From NCBI GenBank assembly GCA_963804995.1, contig CAWDSK010000001.1, positions 544,001 to 608,000 of the forward strand: a stretch of 64,000 nucleotides of DNA. The letters run 5' to 3'. Each line of letters opens with the position of its first letter. Positions within the stretch are counted from its first letter, which is position 1. Of the stretch, positions 49,574 to 59,130 are shown in pieces. The stretch is from an uncultured Acidobacteriota bacterium (GTDB lineage Bacteria; Acidobacteriota; Terriglobia; UBA7540). The translations under genes were made by a program, and so were the position numbers. Below the pieces are notes generated by a model, which was not told where the DNA came from, did no database searches, and saw only the letters and a program-made list of their open reading frames with translations.

Positions 49574-49748
49574 CCACTGTCACCCCTTGATGATAAGCTT
49601 CTAAGAGTTTTTCTGGTTGGCCCAAGGTTCCATCTCGCCGCATTTCCTCTAGGTGAGACACAAGCCCAGGCGGAACCTGGCGGTCCGCCCTTAGCTTAGC
49701 CATTAACCTGTCTAATACTTCATCCTCAATTGACTTGACGTTGTCCAT
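49560..49748 (-). CDS. Small helical protein, first gene of the ATPase-PIN operon
   Basis: 62 aa, GGAGG RBS, 14-bp overlap with the ATPase start. Confidence 0.7.
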   Translation of the reverse strand: MDNVKSIEDEVLDRLMAKLRADRQVPPGLVSHLEEMRRDGTLGQPEKLLEAYHQGVTVDAVN

Positions 49749-50152
49749 CTGGCTTGCCTCCCAAACTCGCGGTCAGGAAACGGGAATGACATTCCCGTGT
49801 ACAAGTAGTTTGCATCATACTTGCCGATAAAACAACAGCGAGCAGCAAGCGTAGTGCGGCCCTATAAAAGGTCCGCGACATTTTGTTGTCGATGGGGGAC
49901 GAAACGCAGGAAGGAAAACACGGGATACGGGGGACGGGATACGGGGAACGGCGCAGAGCTCCGCGCCACTTGTTACCACTGCTGGTGAAACGCGGGATAC
50001 GGGATTAGGGAAACGGGACAAGGGAAAGCCGCCGCAAACGGTGGGATTAATCGGGCGTTCGAATTCACCTTCAACATTCACCGCAGTTATCCTAATGCTT
50101 GACAGTCGCCTCCCTCTCCGTTACCGTGGGGCTTGGTGCAAGGAGGTTCCTG

Positions 50153-50404
50153 GTGACTGTCCATCTTCCCCCCCAGGTCGAACGTATCGTCAATGATGCC
50201 CTTCGCTCCGGCCAATACCGCTCGGCCGAAGACGTGCTCTCGGAAGCGATCGCCGTCTGGCAGGCGCGGCAAGCCGCGGCGGCGGAGCCGTCCGAGGAGG
50301 AGCGGCAAGCGGCCATTGAGCGGCTCAAGAGCTTCGGCAAAACGCACCAACTTTCCTTGGGCGGCATCACCCTCAAGCAACTCCGCGACGAGGCGCGTCC
50401 GTGA
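50153..50404 (+). CDS. ParD-like RHH antitoxin
   Basis: AGGAGG RBS, GTG start; VNDALRSGQYRSAEDVLSEAI; GTGA overlap with the PIN gene. Confidence 0.8.
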   Translation: MTVHLPPQVERIVNDALRSGQYRSAEDVLSEAIAVWQARQAAAAEPSEEERQAAIERLKSFGKTHQLSLGGITLKQLRDEARP

Positions 50405-50814
50405 GTTGGATTGTCCTCGATGCCTCCGTTACTTTGTCCTGGTGTTTTCCCGATGAGCAAACGCCCGCCGCGATGGGAGTGCTGGACTTGCTGAAGGCGG
50501 GCGAGCAAGCCCTGGTGCCTGCCTTCTGGTGCTCCGAGGTCCTCAATTCCTTGCTCGTGGGCGAGAGGAAAGGGCGTATCTCTGCCGACCAAACACGGGC
50601 TTTCCTCAAAGATCTTCGCGCCTTGCGCCCCACACTCGACAATGCTTCCCTGGAGCGGGTGGTCCAAGACATCCAGGCGCTTTGCCGCCAATATGGCTTG
50701 GCTTCGTACGATGCGCTTTATGTGGAGCTTGCTATGCGGTCAGGGAGTCCCCTTGCCACGCTGGATAAGAGTCAGCGAGAGGCTGCCTTGGCAATCGGAG
50801 TGACTTGCTTGTGA
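50401..50814 (+). CDS. vapC: VapC PIN toxin
   Basis: VLDASVTLSW, EVLN, SYDALYVELA, LATLD. Confidence 0.9.
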   Translation: MSWIVLDASVTLSWCFPDEQTPAAMGVLDLLKAGEQALVPAFWCSEVLNSLLVGERKGRISADQTRAFLKDLRALRPTLDNASLERVVQDIQALCRQYGLASYDALYVELAMRSGSPLATLDKSQREAALAIGVTCL

Positions 50815-50818
50815 GAGT

Positions 50819-51049
50819 CGAATTGAGCGCGCCTTGCAGAAGGAAGTCCGCGACCGAAAGAATGTGTTGTTCCCTATCCGCATTGACGATTACCTCTTCG
50901 ACGAATGGGATCACCCCCGCAAGGCCGATGTGGTGAGCAAGGTGATTGGAGATTTTCGCGGGTCGGACAATCTTGAGACCTACGCAAAGGCCTTCCCCCG
51001 TTTCCTCGAAGCGCTCAACCGTCCCCAGCCAGCGTCCAAGCCCAGGTAG
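50819..51049 (+). pseudogene. C-terminal remnant of a TIR-domain protein
   Basis: RIERALQKE...VLFPIRIDD...IGDFR...YAKAFPRFL resembles the second half of a bacterial TIR domain; N-terminal half absent. Confidence 0.6.
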
Positions 51050-51189
51050 CGCAGGGCCCGCACTCCGGCCCCGCGGCTTTTCCAGCGGTGCGGGTTCTTG
51101 CCGCGCCGCAAACAAGATAATCCGAATTTTCATCGGTCGCGCCGCCAAAAGCACGGCGCATAACTCCGCGCCACTTGCCACCGCCCTTT

Positions 51190-52290
51190 CCAGCCCCAAC
51201 GGGGCGTACTAACAAAGCCCGGGGCAACGCCCTGGGTCAACGAAGCCACCCCTTTCCATCGGTAAGCCCTGAAGGGGCGTGCTAACCCTACTCGCCATCG
51301 TGCCCGTTCGTCCCAGCCGGTGGGGCGGTTCAGGGGGTTGCGTAGATCGCCCCCTTCGCTTTGCTCAGAGCCTGCCCTGAGCGGAGCGAAGGGGCAGGCT
51401 CTACAGGGCTCGGGCCGGGAACCAATCTGTTAACCCAGGGCGTTGCCCCACCATTAAGATCGGCGGACCTTCGGCCTGGGCGTGGTAGGACGCCCCGTTG
51501 GGGCTCACAAGAACCTGGCGAGCCCTGCGCGGCGAAGCCGCACCCAAAACGTGCCACGGCCATCCGAAGGTGTGAAAAAATACCATTTTCACCGCTGAGA
51601 CGCTGAGACGCAGAGAAATGACCCTTTGTTTTCAAGCCTCTGCGCCTCCGCGTCTCCGCGGTGAAAGGTTTGATGGGATTCTTTCACAGCTTCTCCTGGC
51701 CGTGTCGGTCACGGGCGAGAGAAGCTGTGAAGAAATCCCTAAACGAGCAAAAGCATCTCGCGCAGAGACGCAGAGGCGCAGAGGCTGCAAAGAAAACAAA
51801 CCAGTTATTTGCTTAAAATCTCTGCGCCTCAGCGGCTCTGCGCGAGATTGTCTATTTCTTCACACCTTCAGACGCCCGTGGCACAGCGTAAAGGCCAGCG
51901 GCCTGCGCCCCAGAGCCGGCTTCTGGCGTCCACCATTAGGATCGGCGGACTTTCAGCCGGGGCCGCGCTCGGCCCCGATCATCAATTTGGAAAGAACGTG
52001 CTATCGGGGCTCGGCCCCGATGATCAATTTGGAAATAACGCGCTATCGGGGCTCGGCGCGCCACCCCTCCTCATCTGAGGCGGGGAGTGTTTTTAAGAAC
52101 TCCCCGCCTGATTTCCGTGGCGCCGTAGGCGACGGGGGTGGTTACCGCCTCCGCCGGGCGACTTGGCGCCACGATCAACACGACGCTTCTATCTTGTCAC
52201 CGCCACGCCACCGCTTGTCAGCACCACGCCTTTTCAGCACCACCCCGGCGCTCGGCGCGCCACCCCTCCTCATCTGAGGCGGGGAGTTCT
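51190..52290. repeat. Dense cluster of REP-like, MITE-like and tandem repeats
   Basis: AGCCCCAACGGGGC/GCCCCGTTGGGGCT pair; two units bounded by GAAG(G/C)TGTGAA...TTCACA(G/C)CTTC containing CGCAGAG repeats; 42-bp tandem at 51967-52057; 38-bp direct repeat at 52051 and 52250. Confidence 0.8.
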
Positions 52291-52544
52291 TCTCAAGGCG
52301 AGGCCGCTCGGGTCACTCGCTAATATGGACAGCCTTGGTCAGAGACCGCCGCTACAGACCCCGCCATTCGCCCAAACTCCTCAAGGGCCGTAACCTGATC
52401 TGCCGTGCTTTCTTGGTTGGACCTGCGGCTAATGATATTCTTCCCTTGCGGGGAATAGGCCGGCGTTGCGGTGACATCTGCTTATAGGTCCGCCGCCCTG
52501 GGGCGCGGTTAACCTGAAAAATCCATCACAAAAGGAGCTCGCCA

Positions 52545-53432
52545 ATGACTTTTGCGACATCACTTCGGGCAGTCGCTCTCACGATTTCACTGTTCTTTCT
52601 CGCTCTCACCGGGCTGGCTCAGCCCGCTAACGCGCAATCCAAAAAGGTTTTCATGATTACGGATATGGAGGGCGTGGACGGCGTCTTCAATTCGGCTTTG
52701 CAGGTCGTGCCCAACGAGAGCCCGCGCTGGGAAGAGTCCTTGGAGATGTTTACGGATGAGATCAACGCGGCGGTGACGGGACTGCTTGCCGGAGGAGCCA
52801 CGGACGTCGTGATCTGGGACGGTCACCATGCCGACAGCAATCTCTCCGCGCGTGATATCCATCCCCGCGCCCGGCTGCTGACCGGTGAACCGATCTCGCC
52901 TACTCTGGAACTGGATGCTTCCTACGGCGCGGTCATCTTTATCGGGCAACACGCCATGGCCGGGGCGGAGAATGCCGTGCTTAGCCACTCGTATTCATTT
53001 ACGATTCAAAACATCTGGGTGAACAACAAACTGACGGGAGAAATCGGGGCGCGGACCCTGTTGGCAGGAACCATGGGCATCCCCGTCATCATGCTTTCCG
53101 GAGACACCGCCGCCTGTAAGGAACTGCACGACCTGGTTCCCCAGGCGGAGTGCGCCGAGGTCAAGACGGGCGTCAGCAGGACGGCGGGATTCATGCTCTC
53201 GCACGCGGCGGCCTGCGACCTGATTCAGCAAAAAGCCAAACGCGCCATGGAACGCCTGCCGGAATTCAAGCCATACAAGATCGCCGGGCCCGTAGAGGTG
53301 AAAGTAGAATTCACCACTCCGGGGACGCAGGTCTTCAGGCCCCGGGAGGGAGTGGAACGAATCAACGATCGCACCTGGGTGTTTCGAGGGAAAGATATCC
53401 TCAACGCCTGGTTGAAATATTCGGATTTTTGA
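52545..53432 (+). CDS. M55 family D-aminopeptidase (DppA-like) with signal peptide
   Basis: ITDMEG, DGH, IGQHAMAG, LSHSYS, GEIG, MLSGD. Confidence 0.9.
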   Translation: MTFATSLRAVALTISLFFLALTGLAQPANAQSKKVFMITDMEGVDGVFNSALQVVPNESPRWEESLEMFTDEINAAVTGLLAGGATDVVIWDGHHADSNLSARDIHPRARLLTGEPISPTLELDASYGAVIFIGQHAMAGAENAVLSHSYSFTIQNIWVNNKLTGEIGARTLLAGTMGIPVIMLSGDTAACKELHDLVPQAECAEVKTGVSRTAGFMLSHAAACDLIQQKAKRAMERLPEFKPYKIAGPVEVKVEFTTPGTQVFRPREGVERINDRTWVFRGKDILNAWLKYSDF

Positions 53433-53677
53433 GAGCGTGGGTGGATTCTCGCTTGGCGGGATTGCGAGAATGAGCATGCCTCGATCGTTTGGCGCAGCTC
53501 AGCCGCGTGGGCTGCCTGCTTCGAAGACGCTGCTGCCTCAATCTGGTTGGGGTGCGAACCGGAAGTGGGAAATCGGCACGTCCGGTCGGGCGTGGGGCGC
53601 AGAAGGCAGGCTCGGCGAGGGGCCCGAAGGTAGGGCTCGGCCCCGCGTTTGCCCCCGCTCTAATCTTGTAGATCCAC

Positions 53678-53792
53678 GACTTTTTGTCGTGGTGGGACAT
53701 GTCCCACATGTTGCTCTCCGCGGGGCATAGCGAGCGAGGTCCCACTTAATTCCCCACCTTCATGCGTTATTTTCCCATGACTTTTCGCATGC
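53678..53792. repeat. Dispersed ~115-bp non-coding repeat, copy 2
   Basis: Matches 540-654. Confidence 0.9.
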
Positions 53793-53812
53793 CAATTTGC
53801 CGGGTTGCGCTT

Positions 53813-55231
53813 CTAGTCTTCGATTGGTAAATCGTACTTTTCCCCAAACATACCGAGCGCGGCTTTCACCATTTCGTCCTCAGCTTCCGGCGCCCAACCC
53901 ACCGGACATCCAAGCTGAATCTGGATCACCTGCGCCTGGTAAGCGTTCTCGCGCACAAGTTCGCGCGTCGGCACATACAGATTCCGTTCGCCGAAATATC
54001 CAAACAGCATGAAGGGCCCTTTCAAACGCATCCGGTCTTTGATGCGCGCGCCCACAGGAGAACAGGGCTCACCCTGAATCGCCAGGAAGTTCAAGTTTCC
54101 GATCTTCGCCGCCAGGGCCTCTACCATTCGGCACTCGTACTTGCGCGGCTTGTCGAGTTTGGTAACGAAGAAACCACCATCCCCGCATGGCATGTCGGAA
54201 GTCTTCGTGGGGAACGGTATGCCGTCCTTATAGTGCTGCACCAGGGCGCGGATCCAGTTCGTGCCCCTCGCGGGATGCGGTGGCGGCACCAAGCCAACAT
54301 CCATCGGAATGCCGCGCGCGAGGTCCAAAGCCTTCTCATACGGCAGAGGCTCGGCCAGCGGCAGGTCCACTACTTTTAACTGGCTTTCGAGCGGCCCGGT
54401 AATTTCCACCAGCGGACCGTTCGCAATCTTGATGACCTCTTCGGCCAGATAGTGACCAAGCTTATGGCACGCGACCGTCTTATCCATGCCAGTAAAGCCG
54501 GTGGGGAACTGGTTACCGCCGCAAGCGTCAGCGTAAAGGGCGAGGGCGCCGGGGAATCTTTCCTCAACTTCGTCCATGGCGTAACCTGGGTGCGACGGGT
54601 CGTATCCAGTTCCGATAGCACCCGGGTGCGTCGGCTGATTGAACAGTAGCGCCACCGGACGCCCGCCCTTGGCCACTCGCAATAACTGGATCTCGAAGTC
54701 CACGGGAGCCGAACCGCTGGACCGCACCCAGTAGCCATTCCCAAATCCGAAATGCAGCTCAACCGGACCATCTTCCTTGGCGATGGCTTCCTTAATGGCG
54801 CCGAAGATCTTTTCCGCCAGCCAGGCGCCGTAGTCGTAGTTGGTCGGAACCGTCTGCATGGGCACATCGTGGTTGTGCGTGGCCAGCAGAATCAGATAGG
54901 CAGGGGTGATGCCCAAATCATTTTCCACGCGCTCCCGAAGGATCGGCGTGGCGTAGTCCAGGCAGTTCAGGTCGTAGGTGACAATCACCATGCGCCGCGT
55001 GCCGTCGTTCAAAGTTAGAACGCGCGCATGAACGGGGTGGTGGACAATCATCGGGTCGACCATTTTCCCATGCACGGTAATGCGGGGCCGATCCGGAGTG
55101 ATGTCAACCTTGGCGGTGCCTGCCTTCATCTTGCCTGCGTCGGGTCTTGCCCCGAGGGCAGCACCCCACGGCATCGCTGCCACACTGGAGGCGGCGCCCA
55201 GAAAACGTCTGCGGCTTATGCTGGATTGCAT
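53813..55231 (-). CDS. Tat-exported neutral ceramidase-superfamily hydrolase
   Basis: SRRRFL Tat motif; AKVDITP, ATHNH, THP, ACGGNQ. Confidence 0.7.
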   Translation of the reverse strand: MQSSISRRRFLGAASSVAAMPWGAALGARPDAGKMKAGTAKVDITPDRPRITVHGKMVDPMIVHHPVHARVLTLNDGTRRMVIVTYDLNCLDYATPILRERVENDLGITPAYLILLATHNHDVPMQTVPTNYDYGAWLAEKIFGAIKEAIAKEDGPVELHFGFGNGYWVRSSGSAPVDFEIQLLRVAKGGRPVALLFNQPTHPGAIGTGYDPSHPGYAMDEVEERFPGALALYADACGGNQFPTGFTGMDKTVACHKLGHYLAEEVIKIANGPLVEITGPLESQLKVVDLPLAEPLPYEKALDLARGIPMDVGLVPPPHPARGTNWIRALVQHYKDGIPFPTKTSDMPCGDGGFFVTKLDKPRKYECRMVEALAAKIGNLNFLAIQGEPCSPVGARIKDRMRLKGPFMLFGYFGERNLYVPTRELVRENAYQAQVIQIQLGCPVGWAPEAEDEMVKAALGMFGEKYDLPIED

Positions 55232-55672
55232 GGCGATTCTCCTCCCGAAACTGAGATTGCGCGTTGGCCCGGATTTCTTATCCAAAAACTGCAAGAGGTT
55301 TCTTCTTTCTGGCGTCCGTGCAGGCGCATTATACGCTTAATCAACCGTGCACAAGCCGCAGGGTCACAAATGCATCAAGTCTGAGGCTGAACAAGCTTGG
55401 GCTTATGCCACCTCTCCTTCAGATTGAACCCCCGCCCAGAAACCAGTTGCGTGGGTCCTCGAAACGGAGCAGAATAGATGTGTAGCTAAACGCTGTTCTA
55501 AGGCATCCAACCATAAGGGGAATTCAGCATTGCTCCTGGCGGCTGGCGCCGGTTATTCCCCGGGGGGCGACACACAGTAAGGCCTGAGGCAGCACAGCAT
55601 GAAGTGGAATGAACGGAAACGGGACCTCGAGTAGCAAGCCTTCGTCATCCACCCCGATTTGGAGAAAATTCA

Positions 55673-57103
55673 TTGGAGCCAGCCTCCCAGCTCTTTCCAA
55701 GCTATTCTCTCTCTGTCGACAAGTTCCACGACCATTGTGGCGTCTTTGCAGTCTACGGACACCCGGACGCCGCTAAGCTCACCTACCTGGGTCTCTACGC
55801 CTTACAACATCGCGGACAGGAAAGCGCCGGGATCGCAGTTTCCGATGGGGATAACCTAACCTGCAAGAGGGGCATGGGGCACGTGGATGAGGTTTTTCCG
55901 AAAAACGTCGTCCAGGGCCTGCCGGGGCGGCTGGCTATCGGCCACACGCGCTACTCCACTGCCGGCGACACGGACTTGAAAAACGCCCAGCCGTTGAAGG
56001 TGAGTTGTCACCGGGGTCAAGTGGCTCTCGCCCACAACGGCAACCTGGTCAACGCCACTTCGATCCGGCGGGACCTGGAAAGCCGCGGCGACATTTTCCA
56101 AACCACCAGCGACACGGAAGTCATACTGCATTTCTTTGCCCGCTCGCGACAGGCAGGAACGCCGGAAGCCGTCGCCGAAGCGCTCAACAAAGTGGTGGGA
56201 GCCTACTCGCTGGTGATGCTCTTCAAGGATGCGGTTTACGGCATCCGCGACCCACGGGGCTTCCGCCCGCTCAGTTTGGGGAAACTTGACGGCGCCTACG
56301 TCCTAGCGTCAGAGTCCTGCGCTTTTGACCTGATCGACGCGAAGTTTATCCGGGATGTGGAGCCGGGCGAGATGGTGATTCTGGATGCGCGGGGCGTGAC
56401 GTCTTTGCGTTTTGCGCCGCCCGCCCCGCCGGCCCAGTGCATCTTCGAGCACGTTTACTTCTCCCGCCCGGATAGCGTGGTCTTCAACCGTCCCGTCCAG
56501 GAAAGCCGCGAGATGCTGGGGCGCTACCTGGCGCGTGAGCATCCCGTGGACGCCGACCTGGTCGTTCCGGTTCCGGACTCCGGGGTTCCCGCCGCCACGG
56601 GGTTTGCCGCAGAATCCGGCATCCCTTTCAAGATTGCACTCATCCGAAACCACTACGTGGGGCGCACCTTCATCGAGCCCACCCAGGCGATCCGCGACTT
56701 CGGGGTGAAGCTCAAGCTAAACCCGGTGCGTAGCTTGCTGGAAGGAAGGCGCGTAGTGCTGGTTGACGATTCTATTGTTCGTGGAACAACCAGTCGCAAG
56801 ATTGTGCGCATCGTACGAGAGGCAGGAGCTCGTGAGGTGCACATGCGGATCAGTTGTCCGCCCACGTTGTCTCCCTGCTTTTACGGCATCGACACGCCGA
56901 CCAAGAAGGAGTTGATTGCGGCCACCCATTCGGTGGACGAGATCCGTGAATACCTGGGCGCGGATACGTTGGGTTATCTTTCGGTTGAAGGGTTGCGGCG
57001 AGCGGTCGGCGATACCGAAGGCCGCTATTGCCTGGCCTGCTACACCGGGAATTACCCCACGACTATTCAAGAGCCGTTGATCGCCTTGCGCAATCGGGAT
57101 TGA
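55673..57103 (+). CDS. purF: Amidophosphoribosyltransferase
   Basis: CGVF, LQHRGQESAG, GHTRYST, VLVDDSIVRGTT; exact start uncertain. Confidence 0.97.
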   Translation: MEPASQLFPSYSLSVDKFHDHCGVFAVYGHPDAAKLTYLGLYALQHRGQESAGIAVSDGDNLTCKRGMGHVDEVFPKNVVQGLPGRLAIGHTRYSTAGDTDLKNAQPLKVSCHRGQVALAHNGNLVNATSIRRDLESRGDIFQTTSDTEVILHFFARSRQAGTPEAVAEALNKVVGAYSLVMLFKDAVYGIRDPRGFRPLSLGKLDGAYVLASESCAFDLIDAKFIRDVEPGEMVILDARGVTSLRFAPPAPPAQCIFEHVYFSRPDSVVFNRPVQESREMLGRYLAREHPVDADLVVPVPDSGVPAATGFAAESGIPFKIALIRNHYVGRTFIEPTQAIRDFGVKLKLNPVRSLLEGRRVVLVDDSIVRGTTSRKIVRIVREAGAREVHMRISCPPTLSPCFYGIDTPTKKELIAATHSVDEIREYLGADTLGYLSVEGLRRAVGDTEGRYCLACYTGNYPTTIQEPLIALRNRD

Positions 57104-57108
57104 GCCTA

Positions 57109-57933
57109 ATGGAACCTTTGGAATCCAAGCCGGAAGAAATCTCTACCCCTGAGCCGGTCGCCGAAGTCAAATCTCCCAAGCCGCAGCGCCAGGAGACCGT
57201 CTGGGATACTCTCCGCTCTCTGCTCATCGTGCTGGTCGGCGTCTTCTGCATTCGCACTTTTGTGGCAGAGGCCACGGTCATCCCCACGGGGTCGATGGAG
57301 CGAACCATTCTGATAGGCGACCACGTGTTTTTGAACAAACTGCTCTATGGCCCCCGGTTGCCGTACACCTCCTTGCGCTTTCCGCCGCTCAAGGGAGTTA
57401 ATCGCGGGGAGATTGTAGCATTTCGTTATCCCCGCAATCCCTCAGTGATGTTCGTCAAGCGGGTAATCGGCGTCGGCGGCAACGTCGTGAAGATCCAAAA
57501 CAAGAAGGTTTACGTTAACGGTCAGCCCCTCATTGAGCCCTATGCGCAGTTCCAGTTTTCAACCACGTTGCCTTTGCGTGACGAGTTCCCGCCCACGCCG
57601 AGCCTGCTTGAAACCTTGCCTGCCGCCTGGGGGCTTGATCCTGCCTGGGCTCGCGAAATGCCCAACTACATCCGCCAGGATGGGTTGCATGTTCCACCCG
57701 GCTACCTATTCGCGATGGGTGACAACCGCGACAACTCGCTGGACAGCCGCTTCTGGGGATTTGTTCCTCTCGAAAATGTCGTAGGCGAACCGCTGTTCGT
57801 GTACTGGTCCTACGACGCGCCGAGCAAAGATTGGACAGCGGAGAATTTGGCGACGCGAACGAAGTTCGATGCTTCAATTATTTGGAACTTCTTTACGCGC
57901 ACGCGCTGGTCAAGGACCGGGAAGACCTTCTAG
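57109..57933 (+). CDS. lepB: Signal peptidase I
   Basis: IPTGSM, FVKRVIG, MGDNRDNSLDSRFWG. Confidence 0.95.
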   Translation: MEPLESKPEEISTPEPVAEVKSPKPQRQETVWDTLRSLLIVLVGVFCIRTFVAEATVIPTGSMERTILIGDHVFLNKLLYGPRLPYTSLRFPPLKGVNRGEIVAFRYPRNPSVMFVKRVIGVGGNVVKIQNKKVYVNGQPLIEPYAQFQFSTTLPLRDEFPPTPSLLETLPAAWGLDPAWAREMPNYIRQDGLHVPPGYLFAMGDNRDNSLDSRFWGFVPLENVVGEPLFVYWSYDAPSKDWTAENLATRTKFDASIIWNFFTRTRWSRTGKTF

Positions 57934-58041
57934 TCTGCCGGGTTTGGACTGCCTTCCTTCGCGATTCACCTTGGATAGGAAAACCGCGTTCTGGGGCCTG
58001 CCGCCTGTGCTATTATGGCGCGCTGCCGCTCCGAATCATCT

Positions 58042-59067
58042 ATGCGCTACCGTGACGCTGGCGTCGATATCGACGCCGCCAGCCAAGCCAAATCTCGCAT
58101 CAAGCAGTTGGCGCGAAGCACCTTCAGCCCTCGCGTTTTGAGAGAGGTCGGTGCCTTCGGCGGCTTCTTCTCCTTGCAAGGTCTGCCGCGCGATGCCGTG
58201 CTGGTGTCGAGCGTGGATGGCGTCGGCACCAAGCTCAAGATTGCCTTTGCCCTCAATCGCCACAATACAGTGGGGGCGGATCTGCTCAACCACTGCGTCA
58301 ATGACATTGCTGTGCACGGCGCCGCTCCCCTCTTCTTCCTCGATTACCTGGCCACGGGAAAGATGCGCCCGCAGGTGGTGACGGAAGTCGTCAGTGGCCT
58401 GGCACGCGCCTGCCGCAAAGTAGGGTGCGCACTCGTCGGCGGTGAGACTGCCGAGATGCCGGGCTTCTACCCTGAGGATGAGTACGATTTAGCAGGCTGC
58501 ATCGTGGGATGGGTGAGGCGAAGCAAAATCATTGATGGCGGCAGCATTCAGCCGGGAGACGTAATCCTGGGATTGCCTTCGCTCGGCCTGCATACCAACG
58601 GCTACTCGCTGGCCCGCAAAGTGCTACTCGAAAAGGCTGGCCTCAGACTCACCCAGCACATCCCCGAACTCGGCCGGACCCTTGGAGATGAACTGCTCGC
58701 CCCGCACCGCTGCTACTGGCCAGCAGTTCAGCCGCTGCTCGCCCGTGGCTGGCTGAAAGGCCTGGTCCACCTTACGGGTGGAGGCATTACAGATAACACC
58801 CCGAGAATTCTCCCCGACGGCACGCGAGCGGAAGTTCAACTGGGGAGCTGGCCGGTGCTGCCGATTTTCAACCTGATTGCCAAGCGGGGCAACGTCCCCG
58901 AGGACGACATGTTGCGCACCTTTAACATGGGCCTGGGGATGCTACTGATCATTTCGGAACGGAACCTTGCGAAGGTCATCTCAAACTTGCAGAAGCGGCG
59001 GGAAAAGTTCTGGAACATCGGTCGCATCGTCCGCGGCCGCCCGGGGGTGAAGTACCTGGGCGCTTAG
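58042..59067 (+). CDS. purM: Phosphoribosylformylglycinamidine cyclo-ligase
   Basis: YRDAGVDI, DGVGTKL, GGETAEMPG, TFNMG. Confidence 0.97.
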   Translation: MRYRDAGVDIDAASQAKSRIKQLARSTFSPRVLREVGAFGGFFSLQGLPRDAVLVSSVDGVGTKLKIAFALNRHNTVGADLLNHCVNDIAVHGAAPLFFLDYLATGKMRPQVVTEVVSGLARACRKVGCALVGGETAEMPGFYPEDEYDLAGCIVGWVRRSKIIDGGSIQPGDVILGLPSLGLHTNGYSLARKVLLEKAGLRLTQHIPELGRTLGDELLAPHRCYWPAVQPLLARGWLKGLVHLTGGGITDNTPRILPDGTRAEVQLGSWPVLPIFNLIAKRGNVPEDDMLRTFNMGLGMLLIISERNLAKVISNLQKRREKFWNIGRIVRGRPGVKYLGA

Positions 59068-59130
59068 AGCCGATTGTTCAGCATGCGTCCTTCTGGCTTT
59101 GGATCATGAATCCCTTGGCGAGTGTCTTCC

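Noticed and set aside
51618..52277. 219-aa ORF
   Set aside because: Composed of repeat units and not protein-like.
55535..55600. Possible ZTP (pfl) riboswitch upstream of purF
   Set aside because: CTGGCG...GGGGG resemblance only; the 3' GCC..CGCCTGGGC hairpin is missing.
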